A DNA stretch of 64,000 nt from an uncultured Veillonellaceae bacterium (GTDB lineage: Bacteria; Bacillota; Negativicutes; UBA1444), in contig CAZFSM010000014.1 of NCBI GenBank assembly GCA_964521625.1, positions 27,061 through 91,060 on the forward strand. Direction: 5' to 3'. The notes beneath the pieces are model-generated. The model did no database searches. It saw only the letters and a list, made by a program, of their open reading frames with translations, and was not told where the DNA came from. Of this stretch, positions 55,435-63,863 are shown in pieces (position 1 is the stretch's first letter; each line of letters opens with the position of its first letter). The translations under genes were made by a program, and so were the position numbers.

Positions 55435-56739
55435 TTAGTAAATCAGCATACCTAGTGCAATAATGAGAATCATGGCCAAAAATGTGGCTACACAATGCCC
55501 CCACCAGACATGCCTATATGCCTGCTTGTGTGTTAGTCCTGCCACAGCCAGTGTGGTGATGATTACGCCATTGTGAGGCAAAGCATCAAAGGTTCCTGCT
55601 GCGATAACGACCACACGGTGAATAAATTCCGGATTGACTCCCAATGCAACATATTTTCCGACCAGTGTTTCCAAAACGATTCCCAGTCCGCCGGATGCCG
55701 AACCGGTAATTCCGGTCATTAGGAATGTAGCAAATGATAACGAGATCAGTGGATGGCCGGGAATGGACAGCAAGAAATCTGTGATCAATTTGAAGCCCGA
55801 GCTTGCCGCGACAGCCATTCCATAGCCCACGTCCGCACAGGTATTGATGACTGGAATTGCTGTATTGGTAGCGCCTGAATTCATTGTCGTCAGGTGGTTC
55901 TTCACATGTTTGAAAAAGAGAATGAAGGCCGCCACACATCCGACGACAAGTGACCAGACGATATCGATTTTGAAGAAATTGAGCGAAGCAATAATCGCCA
56001 GAGATGGCGCAATACTAATCCAGAAATTGGGCAGGGTTTCAGTTTCGCCGGCAGCGGTCGCGGGGGTATTGGCAACATTACTTCCATCTTCATACCCTTC
56101 GCCCTTGAGTATCGATTTTTTCAGTTGGTTGTTCATGTACCACACGTTGAAAGCGGCGACGAAAACGGATGCTACGATCCCAAGCACCGGGCCGGCCGCC
56201 GCAGAAGTCTGGAGATACTTCATTGGCATGATGTTGATGATGGAGGGAGTGCCCGGCATCATCGTCATCGAAATGGAACCGATGCCGAATATGAAAGATG
56301 CGATAAACAGATGCCAGGGTATGTTAAGCAGCTTGAACAGCGGCCTGGCTATCGGCATGACTGCAAATATAACGACGAAAAGGCTGACGCCGCCGAGGGT
56401 CAGGCAGAGAGTCATCACAGCAACTGCCAAAAGAACATATAGCGGTTTATCATGCCCGATCACGCCAAGAATTTTACGTGCTATCGCTTTTGCAGCACCG
56501 CTGTCGTCCATATATTTGCCAAAAATGGAGGCAAACAAAAAAACCAGGTAGAATTTCCCTGCATAATTGATGAAACCTTTCATATAGGGCCCCATCAACG
56601 TATCCAATATCCCCATGTCCGAGAAGACCGAAACGATTACCACCGCGAGCGGGGCAATCAGCATAATACCAACTCCGCGTAGCGCCAAAACTACAATAAC
56701 TGCCAATGAGACTATAATGCCGATTACACTGAGCGACAT
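55435..56739 (-). CDS. GntP-family (gluconate/hydroxy-acid:H+) permease
   Basis: 434 aa and polytopic. GntP-like N-terminus (IIVSLAVIVVLALRG..) and ..FGKYMDDSGAAKAIA.. motif. Confidence 0.75.
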   Translation of the reverse strand: MSLSVIGIIVSLAVIVVLALRGVGIMLIAPLAVVIVSVFSDMGILDTLMGPYMKGFINYAGKFYLVFLFASIFGKYMDDSGAAKAIARKILGVIGHDKPLYVLLAVAVMTLCLTLGGVSLFVVIFAVMPIARPLFKLLNIPWHLFIASFIFGIGSISMTMMPGTPSIINIMPMKYLQTSAAAGPVLGIVASVFVAAFNVWYMNNQLKKSILKGEGYEDGSNVANTPATAAGETETLPNFWISIAPSLAIIASLNFFKIDIVWSLVVGCVAAFILFFKHVKNHLTTMNSGATNTAIPVINTCADVGYGMAVAASSGFKLITDFLLSIPGHPLISLSFATFLMTGITGSASGGLGIVLETLVGKYVALGVNPEFIHRVVVIAAGTFDALPHNGVIITTLAVAGLTHKQAYRHVWWGHCVATFLAMILIIALGMLIY

Positions 56740-56783
56740 GTGTATCCTCCTTCTTTTTGCCTGTTTTTTCTTTGCGGTCAGCT

Positions 56784-57722
56784 TTAAAATGCAACGTTTT
56801 CCTTGCCCTTGAGCGCCATTATTTCGCGGACTTCATTGGAGTCTGCCGCTTCGATACCAAGCCGATCCATAATCTCTTTCATTTGCACCACTTGTTCGGC
56901 ATTGGACTTTGCAAGAACACCCGGTCGCAAATACACGCTGTCTTCAAGCCCTACGCGAACATTGCCGCCCATGGCCAATGCTGTTGAACACATCGGGAAC
57001 TGACTCCGCCCGGCTGCCGCAACTGACCAGTGAAATTCGCCGATCAACTCCCTGGCAGTTTTAACCAAATAAGCAAGATTGTCGACTGTTGCCGGAAGTC
57101 CTCCCAAGATGCCCAATACAAACTGCAGGTAGGGTGGCGTCTTAATGATTCCTTGCTTAATAAAATATGCAACGTTGTTAACCATTGCCGTATCATAGAT
57201 TTCAAATTCCGGGCGGGTCCCCGACTCATTCATGGTTTGACAATAACGTTCCAATGCCTTAAATGAATTGGCAAAAACCATATCGTAGGTCCCTTCGAGA
57301 TAAGGAATTTCCCAGTCGAATTTTGCGCCGATTTTTCGTACCGAGGCGGCTGCCGGTGTAAGGACAAAGTCAACCGACCCAGCATTCAACGAGGCAATTT
57401 CCGGTTTGAGAACGGGAATGGGAGCGATCCGTTGATCCAGCGTCATCCCCAACGCACCGCCTGTTGTGATACAGATTACTACGTCACAGCGTTCTTTAAT
57501 CCCTGATACGATTTCCTTCATCGCATTCACATCCGGATTAGGCTTGCCTTCTTTCGGTTCCCGGGCATGAATGTGGACAACAGCAGCCCCCGCCTGATAA
57601 GCGCCAACCGCATCATCAATAATCTGTTGCGGCGTTACCGGGAGATACGGAGACATCGCCGGGGTATGAATCCCGCCAGTAATCGCACAAGTAATCCACG
57701 TTTTCTTTTTCATGTTGTTCAC
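56784..57722 (-). CDS. BKACE family enzyme (3-keto-5-aminohexanoate cleavage enzyme-like, DUF849)
   Basis: TIM-barrel signature WITCAITGG...AAVVHIHAR...LRVGLED... 312 aa. First gene after the sigma-54 promoter. Confidence 0.85.
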   Translation of the reverse strand: MNNMKKKTWITCAITGGIHTPAMSPYLPVTPQQIIDDAVGAYQAGAAVVHIHAREPKEGKPNPDVNAMKEIVSGIKERCDVVICITTGGALGMTLDQRIAPIPVLKPEIASLNAGSVDFVLTPAAASVRKIGAKFDWEIPYLEGTYDMVFANSFKALERYCQTMNESGTRPEFEIYDTAMVNNVAYFIKQGIIKTPPYLQFVLGILGGLPATVDNLAYLVKTARELIGEFHWSVAAAGRSQFPMCSTALAMGGNVRVGLEDSVYLRPGVLAKSNAEQVVQMKEIMDRLGIEAADSNEVREIMALKGKENVAF

Positions 57723-57846
57723 TCCTCACATTATCAATGATGTACTTTATTCCCGATCTTCCTATTAGCTAGGCCACCCCCCTTTGATTACTGTAAATAA
57801 ACTTCCTTAGCCCAAAATGATTCGTCATGCGACAAAAACCTATTAT

Positions 57847-57862
57847 TGCAATTTGCGTGCCA
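57847..57862 (-). promoter_or_regulatory. Sigma-54 (-24/-12) promoter
   Basis: The minus strand reads TGGCAC-GCAAA-TTGCA, a perfect match to the consensus core. It lies about 125 nt upstream of the BKACE start. Confidence 0.8.
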
Positions 57863-58055
57863 ATAAAATTATTGTCTCGAAAAGCTTGATATAACAGCAT
57901 TCTACATGTACCTCGATATGAAAAGATCTTGATCCGTGTAGGAATTACCTACGAACTGTCGGGCAATTCCAACAATTCTCTGCTATAATAACCGTAATAA
58001 CCGAATCAAGGCCTCGTCAAGGACAATCGTCCTTATTTTGCAAGGAGGGCTCTGC

Positions 58056-59441
58056 ATGACTGACTTGGATAACAGTAAAATAAGAATACTCATGGAAGAA
58101 GTTCTGGAAGCCCTGTCCGGGGCAATCGTGGTTGATGCTCATGGTCGCATTGTGTATCTCAACAAAAAATACGCACAGATCCTCAGTGTTGATAGAAACA
58201 CAGTCATGGGTGAACCGGTTGAAAAAATAATCCCCCACACCCGCATGCCATTCGTATTAAAATCCGGAAAAGAAGAAATTGGGTCTATTTTTGAACTTAA
58301 AAACGGAGGCACGATTGTTTGCAATCGGATTCCGATTTATAACGAAGATAAAGTTATTGGCGCGGTATCATTTACGACCTTTACCAAAATGGACGAGTTA
58401 ACGACTTTTATGAGACAGATTCAGCGCCTCAACACAGAAATTGACATGTATAAGAAGGAATTATGCAAATTACAGGGGGCAAAGTATTCCATTGAACAAA
58501 TTATTGGTAAAGCACCCGCTATCCAAAAACTTAAAGAACTTGCCCCAAAAGTCGCCCAAACCAAATCCACTGTTTTGATCAGCGGCGAAACCGGAACCGG
58601 CAAAGAGTTTTTTTCTCAAGCAATCCACCAGTTAAGCCCTCGAAATCATCGCCCTTTCGTGAGGCTCAATTGTGCAGCCATCCCAAGAGACCTGCTTGAA
58701 TCAGAATTGTTTGGTTACGACGAAGGCGCGTTTACCGGGGCAAAAAAAACAGGGAAACTCGGGAAATTTGAATTGGCACATGGCGGAACCCTATTGTTGG
58801 ACGAAATAAACGAATTGCCGCTTACGCTTCAATCAAAGTTGCTGCGCGTAATTCAGGAAAAAGAAATTGACCGGGTTGGCGGTCTTCACCCCGTACAAAT
58901 AGACGTGCGCTTAATCTGCACAACCAACCAAAATCTTAGCAATTTAGTAAAGCAAGGTGTTTTTCGCGAAGATTTATATTATCGAATCAATGTTGTAGAA
59001 TTAAATATTCCTCCCTTAAGAGAAAGACTGGAGGATCTTCCCGCGTTAATTGAGTACTGTCTCTGCAGGATTAACAAGGAACTTGGCTTATCCATCCAGG
59101 GAGTTTCCGAAGATGTCATGAAGCTGTTTTCTAGTTACCACTGGCCTGGAAACATCCGTGAACTTGACCATGCTTTGGAGCGGGTTTCAAATGAAGTTCT
59201 TTGCGGAATTTTAACGATCGAAAATTTTGATTTTATAATAAAGCGGATAGCTTCTTCAGAGGCAATAAGTCCATCAAATAATGATCTATCTTTAGAAGAA
59301 CTCAGAGCAAATGTCGAGCATACTGCAATTAAGAAAGCATTGCTTCAGGCAAAAGGTAACAAAACAGTTGCCGCTCAAATTTTGGGGATTGATCGAAGTG
59401 TCCTTTATGACAAAATCAGAAAATATGGAGCGTCCTCTTAA
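58056..59441 (+). CDS. Sigma-54-dependent transcriptional activator with N-terminal PAS domain
   Basis: PAS (ILMEEVLEALSGAIVVDAHGRIVYLNKKY..). AAA+ motifs GETGTGKE, ESELFGYDEGAFTGA, LLLDEINEL. C-terminal HTH (NKTVAAQILGIDRSVLYDKIRKY). AAGGAGGG RBS. Divergent from the BKACE operon. Confidence 0.9.
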   Translation: MTDLDNSKIRILMEEVLEALSGAIVVDAHGRIVYLNKKYAQILSVDRNTVMGEPVEKIIPHTRMPFVLKSGKEEIGSIFELKNGGTIVCNRIPIYNEDKVIGAVSFTTFTKMDELTTFMRQIQRLNTEIDMYKKELCKLQGAKYSIEQIIGKAPAIQKLKELAPKVAQTKSTVLISGETGTGKEFFSQAIHQLSPRNHRPFVRLNCAAIPRDLLESELFGYDEGAFTGAKKTGKLGKFELAHGGTLLLDEINELPLTLQSKLLRVIQEKEIDRVGGLHPVQIDVRLICTTNQNLSNLVKQGVFREDLYYRINVVELNIPPLRERLEDLPALIEYCLCRINKELGLSIQGVSEDVMKLFSSYHWPGNIRELDHALERVSNEVLCGILTIENFDFIIKRIASSEAISPSNNDLSLEELRANVEHTAIKKALLQAKGNKTVAAQILGIDRSVLYDKIRKYGASS

Positions 59442-59460
59442 TTTTTGAACAATTAGAGTC

Positions 59461-59498
59461 AACGGGGCTGTCTCAATAACAATTGAGACAGCCCCGTT
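59461..59498. terminator. Bidirectional terminator between convergent genes
   Basis: 16-bp stem aacggggctgtctcaa / ttgagacagccccgtt. Confidence 0.7.
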
Positions 59499-59651
59499 TC
59501 TATATATAAAAAACGAGCCAAACAGCTCGGTATAATAACATTCTCCGCAAAAATAAAAGGCGAAGCTGCCGACACCAGCAAACTCCGCCGCTCAAAACAG
59601 CAGATGGGATCTGTGCACTCCGAAAAAAGAGTCAAGGTTCGTAAAGGAAAG

Positions 59652-60182
59652 TTATGCCCCCGTAAACTGGGCTTTGCGTTTTTCTGTAAAAGCCGCCATG
59701 CCCTCTTTCTGGTCGGCGGTGGCGAAGCACAGACCAAAGACTTCCGCTTCATAGGCAGTCCCGGTTTCGAGATCCGTATCCAGGCCCTCATTGACGGCTG
59801 CTTTACACAACTTTACAGCTACCGCCGCCCGCGACTGGATCTTTTGCGCCATAGCCCTGGCTGTCGTCATCAATTCTTCGGCAGGCGCTACTACATTCAC
59901 CAAGCCGATGCGATAGGCTTCCTGCGCGTCGATCACATCAGCGGTATATAGCAGTTGTTTGGCACGGCCTTTGCCGACGAGTCGGGGCAATCTCTGCGTG
60001 CCGTCAAAGCCGGATGTAATCCCCAGCGTGACTTCCGGCTGGCCAAACTTCGCTTTTTCTGAGGCGATGCGGATATCGCAGGCCATCGCCAGCTCACAGC
60101 CGCCGCCCAGAGCAAAACCATTGACAGCAGCGATAACCGGTTGCGGCAGGTTTTCCAGCTTGTTAAAGACAGGCGTTGACCG
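59652..60182 (-). pseudogene. Enoyl-CoA hydratase (crotonase) gene lacking its 5' third
   Basis: Homology starts abruptly at ..VFNKLENLPQPVIAAVNGFALGGGCELAMACDIRIASEKAKFGQPEV.. and runs to the normal C-terminus (..EGMAAFTEKRKAQFTGA). An in-frame TGA lies immediately upstream (60185-60183), and there is no N-terminal ~85 aa. Confidence 0.75.
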
Positions 60183-60184
60183 TC

Positions 60185-60601
60185 ATGGAAACCGGGGTAA
60201 ACATTATCAGGGACAGTGTTCAACTGTCTCATCAATTGGCAGAGGGAGACAACGACCATAGCCAAGAGCTGCTGGCCGACATGGAGGAAATCAAAGCATA
60301 TATCGCGCAAATCCAACCTGAAACTTCGCTTGCGGAAACATCGAACGCATTACAAATCATTACAGAGATGGTGGACGGCGTGCGGAACAAATTTCTGGCC
60401 CAGGCAGCCATCGACGGTAACATCAATATTCCCTTTACCCTGCAAAACAAAATCAATAACTTGGACATTGAACTGACCAAGTTGCAACTGCTGACAAAAC
60501 ACATTTCCTCATCTGCCAATAGCTTGGATGATATCGCCCTTTCGCTCGATAAAGACGTGAACATTTTCAATCTGGACATCCCGGGGAAAAAAGTGGAATA
60601 A
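60185..60601 (+). CDS. Hypothetical helical protein, possibly itself a gene fragment
   Basis: 138-aa ORF starting exactly at the crotonase truncation point. Coiled-coil-like sequence (LADMEEIKAYIAQIQ...LDIELTKLQLLTKHI). No convincing RBS and no recognised family. A terminator follows it. Confidence 0.3.
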   Translation: METGVNIIRDSVQLSHQLAEGDNDHSQELLADMEEIKAYIAQIQPETSLAETSNALQIITEMVDGVRNKFLAQAAIDGNINIPFTLQNKINNLDIELTKLQLLTKHISSSANSLDDIALSLDKDVNIFNLDIPGKKVE

Positions 60602-60619
60602 GCTGTATAGAAGCAAAAG

Positions 60620-60642
60620 GGACCGACAGCGGTCCATTTTTA
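60620..60642 (+). terminator. Small intrinsic terminator
   Basis: ggaccg-acag-cggtcc followed by attttta. Confidence 0.5.
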
Positions 60643-61044
60643 TTGGTTGCGATCTATCAGGGTTGAGTATTGCGGCGTTCTCCGCGTTGATTGTTAATAA
60701 TCTTTCTATGCTTTTTCAAATTCATGGAAGGACACTGCAATTGCAATGTGGAATAATTCTAAAAAGGCCTACTGCGAGGGATGAATTCCGAATTTGAACA
60801 ATGCGGCTTTGAATTATTGCCGGGAAGCGTTGATCTTAGACTATCTCGCTGCGGCGATATTTCTAAAGATGGTCACGTGGACTTGTAGACACTTGGAAAT
60901 ATTCTAATTAACTCGCACTTACTATTTGACAGAACTTTTGCATACTATTCATGCTCTGAACGCATCTCCCGCAAAGATCGATCGCATTATAAAATTTATG
61001 CAACCGATATCAAAAAAGGCTCCATTATTATTGACACAAAATTA

Positions 61045-61695
61045 ATGCTGGACTATGTGCAATCAGCGCTTCCGTTATTGACATCTGTTTCACCTCAACT
61101 ACTATGGGAAACGACTTCAACTGCATTTGGTTTGTTGTTAAAAATTTATTCATCCTTAAGCAGAGGAACTCAACCTAAAATTGAGGTAATCGATTCCCCC
61201 GGAGCTGTCGTTAATTATTTGGGTGGACATAACAACACCTATTATGTTTCACAAACTGCTTATGAAGTTGCTAAACATCTCAAGACCCCAACTCGACGCT
61301 TGTCGGATAATTACCGAAATGCGCCGGAAGGATCGCTGGTTATTTCATCAACAAACAACACCTCAGAACCAATAAAGCTGACTTCGTCTAGCGCAAAAGG
61401 TTTTCGGTCGCAAAAGGTTGTATCTGAAAACAGTATTTATCTGCACGGTTTTGTGAAGTCATTCCATAACGAAACAAGAACTGGTGAATTTGGGGTTCCT
61501 CAAGGAATGGCCATCCCTGAAAAGAAATATCCATTTACGATTGCTTCTGATGAAGAGCAAGACGAAGAGTTTATTGATTCACTGAAAGAAATTGCGATTT
61601 CAGTCAGTGCGCAAGTTGAATATGATGTTGTTCCTTCGCTGGACAGCAGAATCAATCGGTTGATTTTGACCGTAAATAACTCTACTGTTGCATAA
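61045..61695 (+). CDS. Hypothetical protein (no recognised family); the frame stays open upstream to an ATG at 60781, interrupted by one TAG
   Basis: 216-aa ORF in an AT-richer region. The same frame is open from 60889. It is preceded by TAG (60886-60888) and a further 35 in-frame codons from ATG 60781. Confidence 0.45.
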   Translation: MLDYVQSALPLLTSVSPQLLWETTSTAFGLLLKIYSSLSRGTQPKIEVIDSPGAVVNYLGGHNNTYYVSQTAYEVAKHLKTPTRRLSDNYRNAPEGSLVISSTNNTSEPIKLTSSSAKGFRSQKVVSENSIYLHGFVKSFHNETRTGEFGVPQGMAIPEKKYPFTIASDEEQDEEFIDSLKEIAISVSAQVEYDVVPSLDSRINRLILTVNNSTVA

Positions 61696-61792
61696 CTGGC
61701 TATTCCCTTTCAAAATGAATATTTTTTAGCCTCAATAGAAAACTAAAGCAACTGGGAAAAGCCAAGTCTCTTGATCGTCGAGGAGGCCAACA

Positions 61793-62230
61793 ATGATTCG
61801 CCGACTACAGAAAGAAGATCTCCCTTTCCTAGCCAACCTATTCAAACAGTTTTGGAATGAAGAATCTCAGGTTGATGCCATGCAAAAGCAGTTCGAACAC
61901 ATGAGCAAGGAAGCCAATTATATCGTGCTCGGGGTTTTTGAGGGCAACCACTTGGTCGGCTCTGTCATGGGAATCATTTGCCGTGAACTCTATGGTCATT
62001 GCCAGCCATTCATGGTTTTGGAGAACTTTATCGTCGATGATTCTTTGCGAGGAAATGGCATTGGCAAAAAGCTAATTGCAGAAATCGAGAAACTCGCTCT
62101 AGAGCACAACTGCAAATACACCATGCTTATCACCGATACCCATCGGACAGATGCGAGAGCCTTCTATGAATCAGCGGGCTATAATCCCGATACGCATATC
62201 GGTTTAAAAAAGAAACTAGTGCCCAAATAG
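61793..62230 (+). CDS. GNAT family N-acetyltransferase
   Basis: LENFIVDDSLRGNGIGKKLI acetyl-CoA motif and a C-terminal ARAFYESAGY motif. GGAGG RBS. Confidence 0.85.
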   Translation: MIRRLQKEDLPFLANLFKQFWNEESQVDAMQKQFEHMSKEANYIVLGVFEGNHLVGSVMGIICRELYGHCQPFMVLENFIVDDSLRGNGIGKKLIAEIEKLALEHNCKYTMLITDTHRTDARAFYESAGYNPDTHIGLKKKLVPK

Positions 62231-62301
62231 TCGTTAATCTACTAAGACACTTCCGAACGGGGTGTTTGGGATATAATAAAACTTTACTAAGGAGGGTTAT
62301 T

Positions 62302-63015
62302 TTGAATCACGCAATAGCTTTTTTGCTAATCGGATTTGCAATTCTATTTCACGAGTTTGGGCACTATCTGGCCGCTCGAATCGCCAAAGTGCCAATACAA
62401 ACATTTTCCGTAGGATTGGGGCCTGCCATCTGGAAACGACAAATTGGCGAGACAGAGTACCGTATTTCGTTGATCCCGATGGGTGGATATGTTTTACCGG
62501 CCATTGAAGATGAAGCCCAGTTCTTCAGACTCTCTGTTTATAAGAGGATTGTCATGACAATTGGTGGTCCGCTCGCCAGCGCTTTGCTGCCGGTGATTTG
62601 CCTTTCAATAATGAACACTTATAATGCAGGCTTCTCAATCTTTGGTACACTGATCCATCCGCTTGAAAAGTCCTGGGGCATCGGATATCATATGATGGCT
62701 TCGCTTCCCCAGCTGTTCTCTGCACCGGAACAAATCATGGGGATTGTCGGCATTGTTGTACAGGGCGGAAACTACGTCAGCGGCAGCTTCATAAAATCAC
62801 TTCAATTTCTCGCAATGATGAGCATGAACCTTTGCATCATCAACCTGTTGCCGATTCCGGCACTGGACGGTGGAAAACTGTTAATGTACCTCGGCGAGAA
62901 GATCCACCCGCGCTTTGTAAAATTGCACATTCCCTTCTCTATTGCCGGATGGGCTGTTATTATTGGAATCACCGTATATACGGTGATTATTGATGTTGTG
63001 AAGCTGACGGTCTAG
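62302..63015 (+). CDS. M50-family (site-2 protease-like) membrane metalloprotease, minimal form
   Basis: HEFGH zinc motif (ILFHEFGHYLAAR) and second motif NLLPIPALDGG. About 4-6 TM segments; no obvious PDZ domain. TTG start at 62302, 5 nt after AAGGAGGG. Confidence 0.8.
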   Translation: MNHAIAFLLIGFAILFHEFGHYLAARIAKVPIQTFSVGLGPAIWKRQIGETEYRISLIPMGGYVLPAIEDEAQFFRLSVYKRIVMTIGGPLASALLPVICLSIMNTYNAGFSIFGTLIHPLEKSWGIGYHMMASLPQLFSAPEQIMGIVGIVVQGGNYVSGSFIKSLQFLAMMSMNLCIINLLPIPALDGGKLLMYLGEKIHPRFVKLHIPFSIAGWAVIIGITVYTVIIDVVKLTV

Positions 63016-63147
63016 CTTCGCAAGGCGGATTGTTCGGCAATCTCCACTCCCGCAAATTTTACTTCGCGTCATGCAGTCGATAAATCGGCTGCTGCCGAGT
63101 CAATCGGCGATTTTGTGATCGCTTCAAAACCGAAACCGGTAGAAACA

Positions 63148-63190
63148 GAAACAAGGCTCCGAAGCGAAATGCTTCGGAGCCTTGTTTTTC
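63148..63190. terminator. Strong bidirectional hairpin terminator
   Basis: 17-bp stem aaacaaggctccgaagc / gcttcggagccttgttt followed by ttc. It directly abuts the tRNA 3' remnant. Confidence 0.65.
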
Positions 63191-63196
63191 AAGTGA

Positions 63197-63237
63197 TGGA
63201 GGTAGTCGGGATCGAACCGGCGACCTCTAGAATGCCA
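63197..63237 (-). pseudogene. tRNA 3'-half remnant (variable loop, T-arm, acceptor 3' strand); no matching 5' half
   Basis: The minus strand reads ..atggcat-tctag-aggtc-GCCGG-TTCGATC-CCGAC-tacctcc-a. This shows the canonical GGTTCGATCC T-loop context. The sequence 5' of the anticodon-loop position cannot pair with the 3' stem strand. Confidence 0.55.
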
Positions 63238-63863
63238 TTATGAGAACAAATGCGAAGATGGTTGCTGACTTTTCAGTAATGGCGGCCACTTTCATGATTT
63301 AGTCAAAGATGCATATCTATGGTTATTGAGCCAATTTTTAGAAATATTTTCAGAATGTTTTTGCACGCTTCCACATCATCGCACATCTGAAATTTTATAT
63401 CCGGAACGAATAGCGCCACCACAAAGAAAAAATCATCGGACGACCCAAAAATTGACCTTTTCGATGTCAACCATATCAGGCCGATTTTTGACCAAAATCC
63501 GAGGTTACCCGCTGGGTAGTGAGAATGGTGTTAATTCCCGGAAAAATCAAACTTTTCGACAAGTTTAATCAACTCATTTAACTACCACTAAAAATCGCCT
63601 GTCACAACAAAAAAAAGAGTCAGATTATCGACCGGTTAGCAGCTTTCCCGCCCATGAATTGGTAATATTGTCAGTAACAAAATCAAACCTGCGCCTAGAA
63701 AACCTACATAGGCGTAATCCATTTACTGTGAAGCAGGAAAAATAACGCCTAGCGAGAATAAACAATAGACAAGTCCCGATTGTAGAACATCCAGACACGG
63801 ATCACGCATCTACAAGTCGGTCGAATCCGACTGACGGCAATTGTTGTAAAGGACGTGCATAAA

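Noticed and set aside
59459-59951. 110-aa minus-strand and 115-aa plus-strand ORFs around the activator/crotonase junction
   Set aside because: They overlap the bidirectional terminator and the crotonase coding frame. No motifs were found. They are shadow ORFs.
60602-63237. Phage-defence or prophage island interpretation of the AT-rich hypothetical/GNAT/M50 segment
   Set aside because: No integrase, phage structural genes, nuclease, helicase, reverse-transcriptase or toxin-antitoxin signatures were recognised. Only compositional difference and an orphan ORF support an accessory origin, so no system is claimed.
63326-63568. 80-aa plus-strand ORF in the AT-rich stretch right of the tRNA remnant
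   Set aside because: It has no RBS, an odd composition (His/Arg/Thr runs) and no recognisable family. It is probably non-coding or remnant DNA.
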